Virus record (IMG/VR): IMGVR_UViG_3300029305_011675
DNA from: a virus
Taxonomy: Duplodnaviria > Heunggongvirae > Uroviricota > Caudoviricetes
Length of the DNA: 64,000 nucleotides
Direction: 5' to 3' (one strand)
This document shows, in pieces, positions 23,817-33,869 of this stretch (position 1 is its first letter; every line of letters starts with the position of its first letter). The notes beneath the pieces were generated by a model, which did no database searches, was not told where the DNA came from, and saw only the letters and a list, made by a program, of their open reading frames with translations. The position numbers were made by a program, and so were the translations under genes.

Positions 23817-26195
23817 ATGAAAAAAGCACATTTTGAAGCACTTTTGGAGGTAAATAATTTACCCACCAAACTTATCACTAAAATGATTGGAAAGAATATT
23901 TTCTTCCCGATTTTTAAGACTTCGCAAAAAACAATTATTGTCCCTAATGGCAAAAAAGAGAAGAAAACCGATTGCATTTGTTCCAACTGCAGTCATAGGT
24001 TCTCTATCTCTGGCGAAGTATCTACTCTCGTCTGCCCAGAATGTGGAAGCAATGATACCTATTACTCTCCGAGAGCAATTAGCGACCTAAAGGAAGACTT
24101 TACTTTTTCAAAAGATGTAGATATTTATATTTGCACCGAAGAAGATAGCAAGAGTTTCTTCCATGCAGACTTCCAGTATGGAAATTCCGACAGTCGTTAT
24201 CGTAATTCCCATGCTACTTTCGTATTAGACAAAGCAGTTGTCGAAGATGAAACCTATTATATTCTTCACGAATACAAAGGATTTTTCAATTTTGACGAAA
24301 CAACTGGTCAGAGAAATCTTATGTTCCTTGATGAAGGAAATATGATTATCTTTAGCAAGTCGGAAATTGCAAATGTTCGTTCTTACAGACGGTCAACCGC
24401 ATCCTTTTATAATTCCTATACAACAACCTATGACCGTAAGAAAATTATTTTGGCAGAGGATGCTTTATTCAATGAGTTTTTCGCAATGACTACTGGTTAT
24501 AATGCGAACAACATCAAAGAACTGTTAAGCAAAACCAAAACCAATGGTTTTTACAGTATCGACCTTGCAAAATTAGATAATGTTCGTTATATGATTAAAG
24601 AGAATAGACCTGTCAGCAAGTCTGCAAATAAGCGAGAGATGTTAGTAAAGTCCATTTACGAAACTCTCCCGAAACCCACTCCTTTCACTGTCAAAAACGA
24701 CCATATTTATTACACCATTACGGAGATTGATGAAATCGCAAACTCACAGACCATTAAATATATTTGTCCCGACTGTGGCGGTATTAATTCTGTTGTAATT
24801 AACAGATACCAAAGTGCTGCCGAAAGAGAGACTATGGAGTTCTCTTGCGACCATTGCGGTGTAGTCATTCCTTTCAATAGGATGAAGGATTTGACAACCA
24901 CAAACAATATCAAACATTCGGTCAATGTTGTTTGCGACTATAATAACGGTATTATTATTTTTGATGCCCTTTACCGTTGTTTGGCAGAAAACGGAAGAAA
25001 TTTATTTATCCCGATTACCGAAAATCATTATCCCAAAACTATTATTGTAATTGATAAAGAGTTTGACAAGGATAACATTATGGCAAACACCACAATTCTT
25101 CGTGGCAATGGTTATGGTTTATCTTATTCTATGGCAAAAACTTTCAAAATCAACTACAATTCATCTATCCCTTATATTCACAATATGGCAACCAATTTCA
25201 ATATGCAATGGTCTGCCATTGATAGAATTAACGAGCAAAGTAGATATCGTGATTCTGCAAGTACAGACACAGTTGCTGCATTTGCACTGCTTTACAGAAA
25301 ATATCCCGTGCTCGAAAAATTCATAAAAGAAGGACAAACATCTATCCTTTCTAACATTTTGGAAAAATTTGATTGGATTACACTTTCTCCAGAAGTAAAG
25401 TTTGACCTTGAAAAGAATGATGTTGCATCTGCTTTGAGAATTTCTAAAAGTTGTGTAAAAATTCTTAACTCGCTTTCTCCCGATAGACGAGTTGATGCAC
25501 ACAACTCTCTGCAATTACTCTATAACCTTGATAACAACATCACTGCTGAAAATTATCAGTATATTACAAACAACTACATTTCTGTATATAAAGTAGCAGA
25601 TATTTGTAGAAAATTTGGTCTTTCCATTCATCAAATTTGTGAATATATTGAACGAGTTCGTCTTACACAATGTGTAAATCCCCAAACAGCAACTTCTGAA
25701 TGGGCAGACTATTTGGATGCCTGTGAAGTTATTGGTTCTGACCTAAATGACAGACGAGTGAAATACCCCGCTGCTCTTCGTACCGAACACGATAAGGTTG
25801 TTTACAAAAAGAAAATTATTGAAGACGAACAGAGCGAAGAAAAATTCCAAAAAACTACCGAAGAATACGGCAAAAAGTATTCCCACAAAGGTCAGAAGTA
25901 TATGATTACCTATCCGAAAACACTGAAAGATTTGTTTGAGGAAGGTAGATTGCTCAACCACTGTGTTGGTTCTTATGGAGATGCCATCAAGCGAGGGGAT
26001 AGTGTCATTCTCTTTGTAAGAAAAGTTGACGAACCTGACACTCCTTACTTCACTCTTGAAGTAAAACCCGCTTACAATGCAATCACCCAGTTTTATGGAC
26101 ATTCTGACCATCCCCCTCACAGAGTAAGGGATAAAGAACTTATTGAATATATCAGTAAGTGGGCAAAAAATAACGATATTCGTTATTCCAAGTAA
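23817..26195 (+). CDS. PcfJ-like domain protein with zinc-ribbon motifs
   Basis: Internal ATG with RBS aaaggagg. CxxC...CxxC pairs (CSNCSH..CPECGS; CPDCGG..CDHCG). The C-terminus LKDLFEEGRLLNHCVGSYGDAIKRGDSVILFVR resembles the PcfJ domain. Confidence 0.5.
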   Translation: MKKAHFEALLEVNNLPTKLITKMIGKNIFFPIFKTSQKTIIVPNGKKEKKTDCICSNCSHRFSISGEVSTLVCPECGSNDTYYSPRAISDLKEDFTFSKDVDIYICTEEDSKSFFHADFQYGNSDSRYRNSHATFVLDKAVVEDETYYILHEYKGFFNFDETTGQRNLMFLDEGNMIIFSKSEIANVRSYRRSTASFYNSYTTTYDRKKIILAEDALFNEFFAMTTGYNANNIKELLSKTKTNGFYSIDLAKLDNVRYMIKENRPVSKSANKREMLVKSIYETLPKPTPFTVKNDHIYYTITEIDEIANSQTIKYICPDCGGINSVVINRYQSAAERETMEFSCDHCGVVIPFNRMKDLTTTNNIKHSVNVVCDYNNGIIIFDALYRCLAENGRNLFIPITENHYPKTIIVIDKEFDKDNIMANTTILRGNGYGLSYSMAKTFKINYNSSIPYIHNMATNFNMQWSAIDRINEQSRYRDSASTDTVAAFALLYRKYPVLEKFIKEGQTSILSNILEKFDWITLSPEVKFDLEKNDVASALRISKSCVKILNSLSPDRRVDAHNSLQLLYNLDNNITAENYQYITNNYISVYKVADICRKFGLSIHQICEYIERVRLTQCVNPQTATSEWADYLDACEVIGSDLNDRRVKYPAALRTEHDKVVYKKKIIEDEQSEEKFQKTTEEYGKKYSHKGQKYMITYPKTLKDLFEEGRLLNHCVGSYGDAIKRGDSVILFVRKVDEPDTPYFTLEVKPAYNAITQFYGHSDHPPHRVRDKELIEYISKWAKNNDIRYSK

Positions 26196-26252
26196 AATCA
26201 AATAGGGGCGAGAAATCGCCCCTATACAAAATCTTGTAAGAAGGTGAGAAAT

Positions 26253-26954
26253 ATGACAGAGAAAATACTATATATTGTAGAAGTATTAAGAGACTTCAAT
26301 ATTTGGTCTGTAATCGTAAGACTGCTTTTGGCAACAATTTTGAGTGGTATCATTGGTGTTGAACGAGAAAAAGTTGGTCGTGCAGCAGGTTTAAGAACCC
26401 ACATACTTGTTTGTCTTGGTGCAACAATTGCCTCGATGGTTGGTCTACATATCAATGCGACCTATGGAACTGGCGATGTAACGAGAATTGCCGCACAGGT
26501 TGTATCTGGTATCGGTTTCCTTGGGGCAGGAACAATATTGGTTAAAAACAAATCTGTCGTAACAGGCCTCACCACAGCCGCTTGTGTCTGGACAACTGGT
26601 GCTGTTGGTATTGCGGTTGGTTATGGTTTCTATGAAGCAGCAATTGTCGGTGCATTATTAGTATTTTTCATCACTGGAAAACTTGGCAGTGTAGATAAAA
26701 AGTTGTATAGAAACACAACCCGTGTTAGTGTTTTCGTGGAATTCGAAGATGCAAAATTTCTAAATGCGAGTTTGAAGAATATTGAAGCAAAAGATATCAC
26801 CATAAACCAGATTAGTCTTACCAAAGCAAAGACAGAAAATCCCAAAGCAGTTGGTGCAGAAATGTTCCTAAAGTTGGGCAAAAAAGCAGATGTCGATAAA
26901 ATTATGGATGAAATTAATGACTTACCAAATGTTAATTTCGCAATTATCATTTAA
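26253..26954 (+). CDS. mgtC: MgtC/SapB family membrane protein
   Basis: GVEREKVGRAAGLRTHILVCLGA is the MgtC signature. Confidence 0.8.
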   Translation: MTEKILYIVEVLRDFNIWSVIVRLLLATILSGIIGVEREKVGRAAGLRTHILVCLGATIASMVGLHINATYGTGDVTRIAAQVVSGIGFLGAGTILVKNKSVVTGLTTAACVWTTGAVGIAVGYGFYEAAIVGALLVFFITGKLGSVDKKLYRNTTRVSVFVEFEDAKFLNASLKNIEAKDITINQISLTKAKTENPKAVGAEMFLKLGKKADVDKIMDEINDLPNVNFAIII

Positions 26955-26994
26955 AAAACAACAATCCGAGACCAGTGGTCTCGGATTTTTTCAT
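26955..26994 (+). terminator. Rho-independent terminator
   Basis: aatccgagaccagtggtctcggatt + ttttc. Confidence 0.8.
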
Positions 26995-27065
26995 AAGTTT
27001 GTTAATTGATTTTTCTGTAAAAATGCTTTATAATTTCTTCATATATATTTGAAGGAGGCAACCAT

Positions 27066-27731
27066 ATGCAAACATATTATGTTGATGAGCAGAGAAAAGC
27101 AGAATTCATAAAAGAATGCAAAAGAACCTTAATCAGAAAGAAAATAGTTGCATATATATTTGCGCTATTCTTTTTCTCGTTGCCAATCATAATTCCAATT
27201 ATCTTATTTATAATTTTTCCAGTACCAGAACTAATTGTTTTTCTGTTCCTCGAAGCATTTCTAATCGCTATAATGGCCGTTCCGTTTGGTTTAGTGTGCT
27301 ACAACAGTATTTTTAAGAATTATATTTGGGATTTTAGAAAAAGAACAAATGAAAGTATTGCCTTGCAAAAAGATTATTTAGAACATACATATGAATTCAA
27401 AGGCGAAAGATTTACTTTTACTATCGAGTATAATACTATTTTAGATATAGTGAAAGACACCGATTTTCCAATCTTTAAAGTTGATTCTCCATTTTTTATA
27501 AGAAAAACAGAGTATGCTACTAAACACTTCAAGGGCGATGTAAGAAATTCCAGTTATATAAATTGCAAACATGAATTGCCCCTTTATTTCAAGGATATAG
27601 ATACTATCAAAGGTATCGTCGAAAATTGTTGCCAAGAAAACAAAAGAAATAATCGCACGAGAACCGAAATTTTAATTGAAAAAGATGTATTCACAAAAGA
27701 AGAACTCTTGGAAATGGAAAGCGAAATCTGA
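27066..27731 (+). CDS. Membrane protein, hypothetical (YcxB-like?)
   Basis: Two TM helices followed by a soluble domain. RBS gaaggagg. Confidence 0.55.
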   Translation: MQTYYVDEQRKAEFIKECKRTLIRKKIVAYIFALFFFSLPIIIPIILFIIFPVPELIVFLFLEAFLIAIMAVPFGLVCYNSIFKNYIWDFRKRTNESIALQKDYLEHTYEFKGERFTFTIEYNTILDIVKDTDFPIFKVDSPFFIRKTEYATKHFKGDVRNSSYINCKHELPLYFKDIDTIKGIVENCCQENKRNNRTRTEILIEKDVFTKEELLEMESEI

Positions 27732-27744
27732 TTAACACATATAC

Positions 27745-27787
27745 AAAAAAGGACTTGGTTATTGCAACCAAGTCCTTATCTTTTATT
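27745..27787. terminator. Bidirectional terminator
   Basis: aaaaaaggacttggttattgcaaccaagtccttatctttta. Confidence 0.8.
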
Positions 27788-28430
27788 CGCAACAAGTGGG
27801 ACAATGAAAATCAATTTGTTTAATAATTTTTGCTGCATATTCAGTTACTTTGTCGTCGTTGACCGTTGTTTCATTTTTTGTACTCAATGTAGTCAAGAAT
27901 TCAACTCGACAATTTTTACAACCATAATCCACATAAATGAAATACACATCATTTTCGTCAGATGCAGGTTCAGTTCGTCTAATTGCTGTATAAGAAATTT
28001 TCTTTTCTCCATTTATATTTGACCCAGAAGCAATTGTTTCTCCATATTCAGATTGAGTATCTGCTTCGCCTTTATTTGTAATTCCACAGGGTAATCGCTT
28101 CTTTTCGGAAACTTTCAGCGAATATCCGCTTCGACTATCCTTATCTTCCACAAAACAATATTCACTTTTTTCAACTTCTTTTACCAATACCTTACATTCT
28201 GGAGCAACATCGCTTTTCGTACCGCCCAAGTAGATATATTGACTTTCTTCCTTTGGTGCAGTATCGGTTGGTGTTGTCGCATTTTCGGAGTTATCTGCTT
28301 CAACAGACCCCTCGGTTTGAGTAATAGATTCAGTTGGGGTGTCTGTTGGTGCGGAAACATCTTTTGCCCCGCAAGAGATAAGAAGCACACATAAAAGAAC
28401 CGCCATAACAACTGGTAGCATAATGCGCAT
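27783..28430 (-). CDS. Lipoprotein, hypothetical, Cys-rich C-terminus
   Basis: Starts at MRIMLPVV (RBS ggagg 9 nt upstream). Lipobox LLISCG. Confidence 0.6.
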   Translation of the reverse strand: MRIMLPVVMAVLLCVLLISCGAKDVSAPTDTPTESITQTEGSVEADNSENATTPTDTAPKEESQYIYLGGTKSDVAPECKVLVKEVEKSEYCFVEDKDSRSGYSLKVSEKKRLPCGITNKGEADTQSEYGETIASGSNINGEKKISYTAIRRTEPASDENDVYFIYVDYGCKNCRVEFLTTLSTKNETTVNDDKVTEYAAKIIKQIDFHCPTCCE

Positions 28431-28572
28431 AAAGAAAACCTCCATATGATTTTTTATACACCCAATATATCACATTTTTTGGCAATTGTCAACTTATTTT
28501 TAACAATATGCAAAATGATTATTTAAAAATTAAAGGGGTCGATTTCGACCCCTTTGCAAATGTACATAATTT

Positions 28573-28980
28573 TTAATATGTTACAATGCCGTGCTTTTTC
28601 AGTGCATTATACATCTTCTGAAAGCATCGTCTTGCATTTTCATCCTTACTTGTCTTCGCTTTTGCGAGTGCTGCTTCAACAGTCTGCATATCGAAAACAT
28701 AGTTTTTCGGTCTCACACTGTGACCGACAGCCTCTTTACTTGTGTTATTGGAAGAAGTTGCAGGGTTGTACTTGTAAACACCCTTTCTCGGTCTCTCGAC
28801 GAATTCGAGTTCGTAAAGAAGTCTAACGGTTCTACCAGGGTCTCTCAATTCTTCGCCAGTCTCAACCATATATGCTTCTCGAATTTTCTCTTCTGCATAT
28901 GCAATTTCAACTTCTTCGTTAGGGTGTCCCTTGAAAAATTCTGCTGCGATGTCTTCTGCTCTTGTCTTTGTGTAGTCCAT
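28573..28980 (-). CDS. Hypothetical protein
   Basis: 135 aa of normal complexity. Consensus promoter at ~29005-29035 on the minus strand. The + strand ORF 28591..29028 is treated as an antisense artefact. Confidence 0.55.
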   Translation of the reverse strand: MDYTKTRAEDIAAEFFKGHPNEEVEIAYAEEKIREAYMVETGEELRDPGRTVRLLYELEFVERPRKGVYKYNPATSSNNTSKEAVGHSVRPKNYVFDMQTVEAALAKAKTSKDENARRCFQKMYNALKKHGIVTY

Positions 28981-29286
28981 TTTCGGAATACCGCCTTTCT
29001 TTATTTTGTTGAACTTATTATATCATAATCCAATGGCAATGTCAACCTTTTTATGTAAAAACAATTGTGTCTTTTTTATGAACAGTGAATCAATAGTCGC
29101 ACCTTGCGACAAGCAACAGACTGCATAAGAACAACGCCTCTCCCACCGCCCTTCAAAATCCCCTAAAACAGCAAATACTTTCTAACCATACACGAACCCT
29201 ATCCACTCCACAAAACCTCCCAAATCGCCATTAAATCGCCCCAGAAACGACAATAGACGGTCTGTTAACCCAGACCGTCTATTTTA

Positions 29287-29676
29287 TCAAAGAATATCCC
29301 GCAAAAGTTTTTGTTTCTTTATAAGTTCTTCCCTAATATCCTTAATTTCCTCTGCAATTTTCTCCTGCAGTTTACTCCGATACTTTTCTACATCATCGGA
29401 ATAACTCCACATGCCATATTTACCAACTCTGGCAAATGGACTATCTACCCGCACAATTTCGTATTCGCTATTAAGAGTTGGTCGCAACGAAAAAACATCG
29501 TCAATTAACTTCATGATTTCCTGTTTCTCTTTACATTCATATAAACGAGAACTTAACGACAGATAAATAGCATCTTTCCAATCTGGAATCTCGATTTCAA
29601 TTTCTTTTCTCTGAATTTCGTTGTTTTCGACCCAAAAAAGATAAACCTTCTTGTAAGTATAAGTGTATTTTGCCAT
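29287..29676 (-). CDS. Hypothetical protein
   Basis: Start MAKYTYTYKK with RBS agagagga. Terminator hairpin tagacggtctg..cagaccgtcta at ~29255-29285. Confidence 0.55.
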   Translation of the reverse strand: MAKYTYTYKKVYLFWVENNEIQRKEIEIEIPDWKDAIYLSLSSRLYECKEKQEIMKLIDDVFSLRPTLNSEYEIVRVDSPFARVGKYGMWSYSDDVEKYRSKLQEKIAEEIKDIREELIKKQKLLRDIL

Positions 29677-30059
29677 AATGTTTTCCTCTCTTTCTTTTGT
29701 TATCATAATTATATCACATTATGTCTAATGTGTCAACCTTTTCTGTTTTGATACAAACTGATACTACTTTGTATCAGAATGAAAAATAGAATACACCCAA
29801 TGAGTGCATTCCACCCATCCCACCTTCACGACCCATCAAAAAAGAACACTCCGCTAATCCCATTACTCCACAAAAAAGTTAAAACACAAAATTATTTCAT
29901 TAAGACTTCCATTATTTCATCAGTAATGAAACAATGCAAACCCGATGAAACAATAGTAGCATATCGGCAGTAAACACCTTCTATTGCCGAAATGCTACTT
30001 TTATATATCAATTATAAACATATATTTAAAACAAAAAGAGAAGGGAAAACCTTCTCTTT

Positions 30060-30812
30060 TTATGTACGACCCCAATTTGGATGAATCGGTTTGCTATTGT
30101 CAGCATACCTCCATTTATATCCACATGCATTATGACTTTCTACTCTTGCAGAATCGCTAATCTTACTAACAGTCCCTTTAAGTTCTTTTGTATTTGAAAG
30201 TCCTCGTCTCCTCATCTCCCTACCAGCATCGCTTATAGTGCAAAAACGCTCCAGAACTTCGCCAGTTTCAATATCACACATTAGAATCTCGCGCCCACGA
30301 TTTGATGTGCAATTTGCTCGTGTATCATATCCATATTCTTGCAACTTTAATCGTACTGTATCTTTATCGTAATTATACATTGCAGCAATTTCCTTTACTT
30401 CATAACCCTCTTCGTATAATTGAGCAAACAATTTACCATCCACTTTCTCGCCGCCTTCGCCACCACTCGTTGAATTATATCCGTTACGAAAAGTATCATG
30501 ATATTGAATAAGTTCTTTTTCTCTTGCTGGTCCTTGTCCTTTTGGAACAAATTCCAAAATAACAAAATCAAAACTTTCAATCCCGTTTTTTCTTATCTCA
30601 TTATAGAACTTGCTGTTTTGACCAATTCCATTGCGTGCATTTTTGATATGTTGCTTTAATCTCGTCTCGAATTGCTTATTTGACCAACCTATGTAAACCA
30701 TACCAGTAATCTTACTGATGAAAGCATATTCGACATCTTGTTTTCTTGTATCGTGTTTTATAAGTTGATTTTTTCTCGATTCTTGTTCCGCACTTAATGT
30801 AAATTTATGCAT
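30060..30812 (-). CDS. GIY-YIG nuclease family protein with a C-terminal NUMOD-like DNA-binding region (homing-endonuclease-like)
   Basis: GMVYIGWSNKQFETRLKQH...NSKFYNEI...GYN matches the GIY-YIG motifs. The C-terminus contains G.KWRY. Confidence 0.65.
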   Translation of the reverse strand: MHKFTLSAEQESRKNQLIKHDTRKQDVEYAFISKITGMVYIGWSNKQFETRLKQHIKNARNGIGQNSKFYNEIRKNGIESFDFVILEFVPKGQGPAREKELIQYHDTFRNGYNSTSGGEGGEKVDGKLFAQLYEEGYEVKEIAAMYNYDKDTVRLKLQEYGYDTRANCTSNRGREILMCDIETGEVLERFCTISDAGREMRRRGLSNTKELKGTVSKISDSARVESHNACGYKWRYADNSKPIHPNWGRT

Positions 30813-31273
30813 ATTTTATTTATTACTCCTTACTATATATTGTGTTTGGATTTGTGCTGAACACATTATATCATACTTTTTTAACAATGTCAACCCATTT
30901 ATTCTGACATAAAACTTGCATTTATTCATCTTTTTTGCATGTTCTGCATAAAACGGAACTACGTTCCACTAAAATACACATAATACACACAATGCACTCA
31001 AAGTTGAATATCTATTCACAAAAATATTCATAAAATTTTTTTATTTTCACCCTCCACCCAACCTTATTCCTGTATTCGATAAAATAGCAAAATACACATA
31101 GTATATATAAAGATAAACATATATAGACTATTAAAATACACATATAGATTAAAACACCAAAGAAAAAACAATTACATATCCAATATATAAAAAAGAACTA
31201 TCACCACAGTGATAATCAATAATGCAAAAAAAGAGAGAAGACTACAAAAGCAATCTTCTCTCATAAATATCTA

Positions 31274-32143
31274 TTAAGCAACTTGAAAAATAGCAGGTGT
31301 CTTTACTTTATTTCTATCCTTTGCAACTTCCTTATAAAAACTATCATAAGGAACTGGTTGAGGATTAATAAGCAAACTAATGAGATTGTGTCTCACCTCA
31401 TTCTTGTCATAAAGAAACCAACCGAAACAATCGTCTTTCTTTTTATAATAATCAAATGGCATAAGAATATTAAAACCGTTATTCTTTTCAGGGGAAAGAC
31501 GAGGATTACCGTCAAAATCAACAATACGATTACTGGTTCTTTCGATACCAGGTTTCGTTACCTGATAAGACCAAACTCGCACCGTCTGATTATCAAACCT
31601 AAATAGAACATCTGCCTTGCCTTCCACGTCGTCATTAGCGGTACTATCAAGCAAACAGTATTGTACCTTTCTTACACGAGAAATAGTCGTCAGAAACTCG
31701 TGTAGGACTTCCTGCAAGTCAATTTCACGAATAAAACTCGCAAAGGAGCGAAGTCCACGGCAAACAGTCTTTGCATAATAGTCCATATCATATTTACCGT
31801 CTTTATTATAAGCATCCAATGTACGAACTACATGATAAACAAAGTTAGAAGGCATAAGTTCGTTCTTATCTCTTAAATCACGGAAGATTTTTGTGAAGAT
31901 AACAGGATTGCTGTCTTTTTCAGCGCTGGTTTTCTTTGTAACATCATTATAGATGCATTCGGTAATAAAACCATTCTGCTTATACTCTGCAAGAGTTTTC
32001 CCCTTTAATTTGTATTTATTATCCTCTCTAATCATAACGGGATTATAAAGGATTTTATCGGGAATTTGAGGTCCGTAAGCATTATATGTAAAATCATATT
32101 TTGCCCACTCTTCCACAAGAACTCTTATCTTTTCGCTTAACAT
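31274..32143 (-). CDS. Hypothetical protein, paralog family with 55875..56729
   Basis: Internal ATG with RBS aaggagg, 11 nt after the CDF stop. Shared motifs are RGLR.FASFIRE, (V/I)LFR(F/Y)DNQ..R.WSYQ.TK.GI..TS.R, GWFLYD and the C-terminus IPAIF.V. Confidence 0.6.
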   Translation of the reverse strand: MLSEKIRVLVEEWAKYDFTYNAYGPQIPDKILYNPVMIREDNKYKLKGKTLAEYKQNGFITECIYNDVTKKTSAEKDSNPVIFTKIFRDLRDKNELMPSNFVYHVVRTLDAYNKDGKYDMDYYAKTVCRGLRSFASFIREIDLQEVLHEFLTTISRVRKVQYCLLDSTANDDVEGKADVLFRFDNQTVRVWSYQVTKPGIERTSNRIVDFDGNPRLSPEKNNGFNILMPFDYYKKKDDCFGWFLYDKNEVRHNLISLLINPQPVPYDSFYKEVAKDRNKVKTPAIFQVA

Positions 32144-32154
32144 AGTTTTCCTCC

Positions 32155-33042
32155 TTAATGGTGATGATGACCGTGATGATGACTGTGGGTATTTACATGA
32201 CAATGTTTGTCATCACAGTGCTCATCTTTACTTTCAATCTCAATTGTTGCATGAGCAATATTATGCTCGTGCAATTTTTCTTTTACTGCTTTCTTAATAT
32301 CCTTCGAATTATCATCGACTACAACATGCATTGTGGCATAGTTGCTGTTTCCATCCATACTCCAAATGTGAATATGGTGAACATCCAAAACACCTTCAAT
32401 TTCTTTCAGATGATGTTTAATTTCGTCAACATCAATTCTTTTCGGGATTTTAACAAGAAACAAGTCTATGGCTTCTTTAAGGTGTTGAAATGCATGAATG
32501 AAAATATAAACAGCAACACAAATAGACAAAATCGGGTCAATAAGTTTGAAGTTGGTGAATTTTATAACAACAGCACCAATTAAAACGACTATCCACCCAA
32601 GAACATCTTCTATCATATGAAGATTAACTGCTTTTTGATTTAGACTATCTCCGTGCCGTGTAAAAAATGCTGCAAAAAAATTAACAACAACACCAATAAC
32701 GGCAAAAATAATCATTCCATTGATATTGATTTCTTGTGGATTTATGATGCGATTTACAGAATTAATAATCACCAAGATAGAACCGACAAGAAGTATCAAA
32801 ACAGTAATAATACTTCCCATTACGGAATATCGTGAATATCCATAAGTATATATTTCATCTGGTTGCTTTTTGCTTTTCTTTTCCAAAATATACGAAATTC
32901 CAATGCTCATTGCATCGCCTATATCGTGAATAGAATCTGACATAATTGCAATACTGTTCGTAAAGATGCCACCGATGAATTCAAAGATGGAAAAAGCAAG
33001 ATTTAAGATGAATGCAATCAGAATATTTTTTTCACTTTTCAT
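32155..33042 (-). CDS. Cation diffusion facilitator (CDF) family transporter with a His-rich C-terminus
   Basis: Six TM helices, the SDSIHDIGDA motif, a C-terminal cytoplasmic domain and an HHHGHHHH tail. Confidence 0.9.
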   Translation of the reverse strand: MKSEKNILIAFILNLAFSIFEFIGGIFTNSIAIMSDSIHDIGDAMSIGISYILEKKSKKQPDEIYTYGYSRYSVMGSIITVLILLVGSILVIINSVNRIINPQEININGMIIFAVIGVVVNFFAAFFTRHGDSLNQKAVNLHMIEDVLGWIVVLIGAVVIKFTNFKLIDPILSICVAVYIFIHAFQHLKEAIDLFLVKIPKRIDVDEIKHHLKEIEGVLDVHHIHIWSMDGNSNYATMHVVVDDNSKDIKKAVKEKLHEHNIAHATIEIESKDEHCDDKHCHVNTHSHHHGHHHH

Positions 33043-33189
33043 ACGGATTCTCCTTATATTTTTCTATACTTATTATATCATATTTAGAGGGTAGTGTCAA
33101 CTGCTTTTTAGGAAATTAGTCGAAAACATAAAGGAAAGATAAAATGTGAAAGGGTTAAGTATAAAAGGTTTTTTAGAGAAGAGTGTGCT

Positions 33190-33240
33190 TTTTTATTTTT
33201 TATTGGGTTATGGATGGAAGGTGGGTGGGAGTATCTTCAA
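33190..33240 (+). repeat. G-rich intergenic repeat (same family as 1836-1935, 29795-29835 and 31040-31080)
   Basis: tttattgggttatggatggaaggtgggtgggagtatc. Confidence 0.5.
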
Positions 33241-33341
33241 TATTTTTACAAAAAAATAACACTCAAATAACTTTGAGTGTCGTATTTTTCCATTTAAAAG
33301 AAAAGAAAGAGAGCTGGCGGGGCTCTCTTCTTCTTATGTGC

Positions 33342-33641
33342 TTATTTACCAGTAATAGCACCGTAAAGCATCACGAGGGGTCTGAAAAGGCCAACGATGA
33401 ACACGGATGCGAAACCAGCAACAGCACAGATGCCTACAACATTTACCCACATTTCGAGAGGGGTAAACCAGCAAGCACCATAAATACCTCCTGCGAGGAA
33501 GAGGATAACAAGGTCGGAAATCAGTGCTGTCCACAGACAGTAATTACGAATTCCGTCCTGATTTGCCATAAACTTATCGACAAGTCTATGGAGCATTCTA
33601 TCGAATGCATTGAGTTTTTTAGCAGTATTAGTAGTTTTCAT
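33342..33641 (-). CDS. Small membrane protein, hypothetical
   Basis: 99 aa with two TM helices. Terminator at ~33296-33326. Confidence 0.5.
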   Translation of the reverse strand: MKTTNTAKKLNAFDRMLHRLVDKFMANQDGIRNYCLWTALISDLVILFLAGGIYGACWFTPLEMWVNVVGICAVAGFASVFIVGLFRPLVMLYGAITGK

Positions 33642-33869
33642 ATTATGTCCTCCTTAAAGACAAATCTTTATAGTGTAAGTATCGTTCAAAGAAAGTCTTA
33701 AATTCCGCCAATATATAAGAACAATCCTAAACATGGTTATTTTATCTTTTATCTATTTAAAAATCAAAAAAATATTTTGCAAATACTTGACAAATAAAAA
33801 AAAATATTTTATATTTATTACAGTTAACTGTAAACAGTACACCGAACTGTAAAAAAAGGAGCGATTTTT

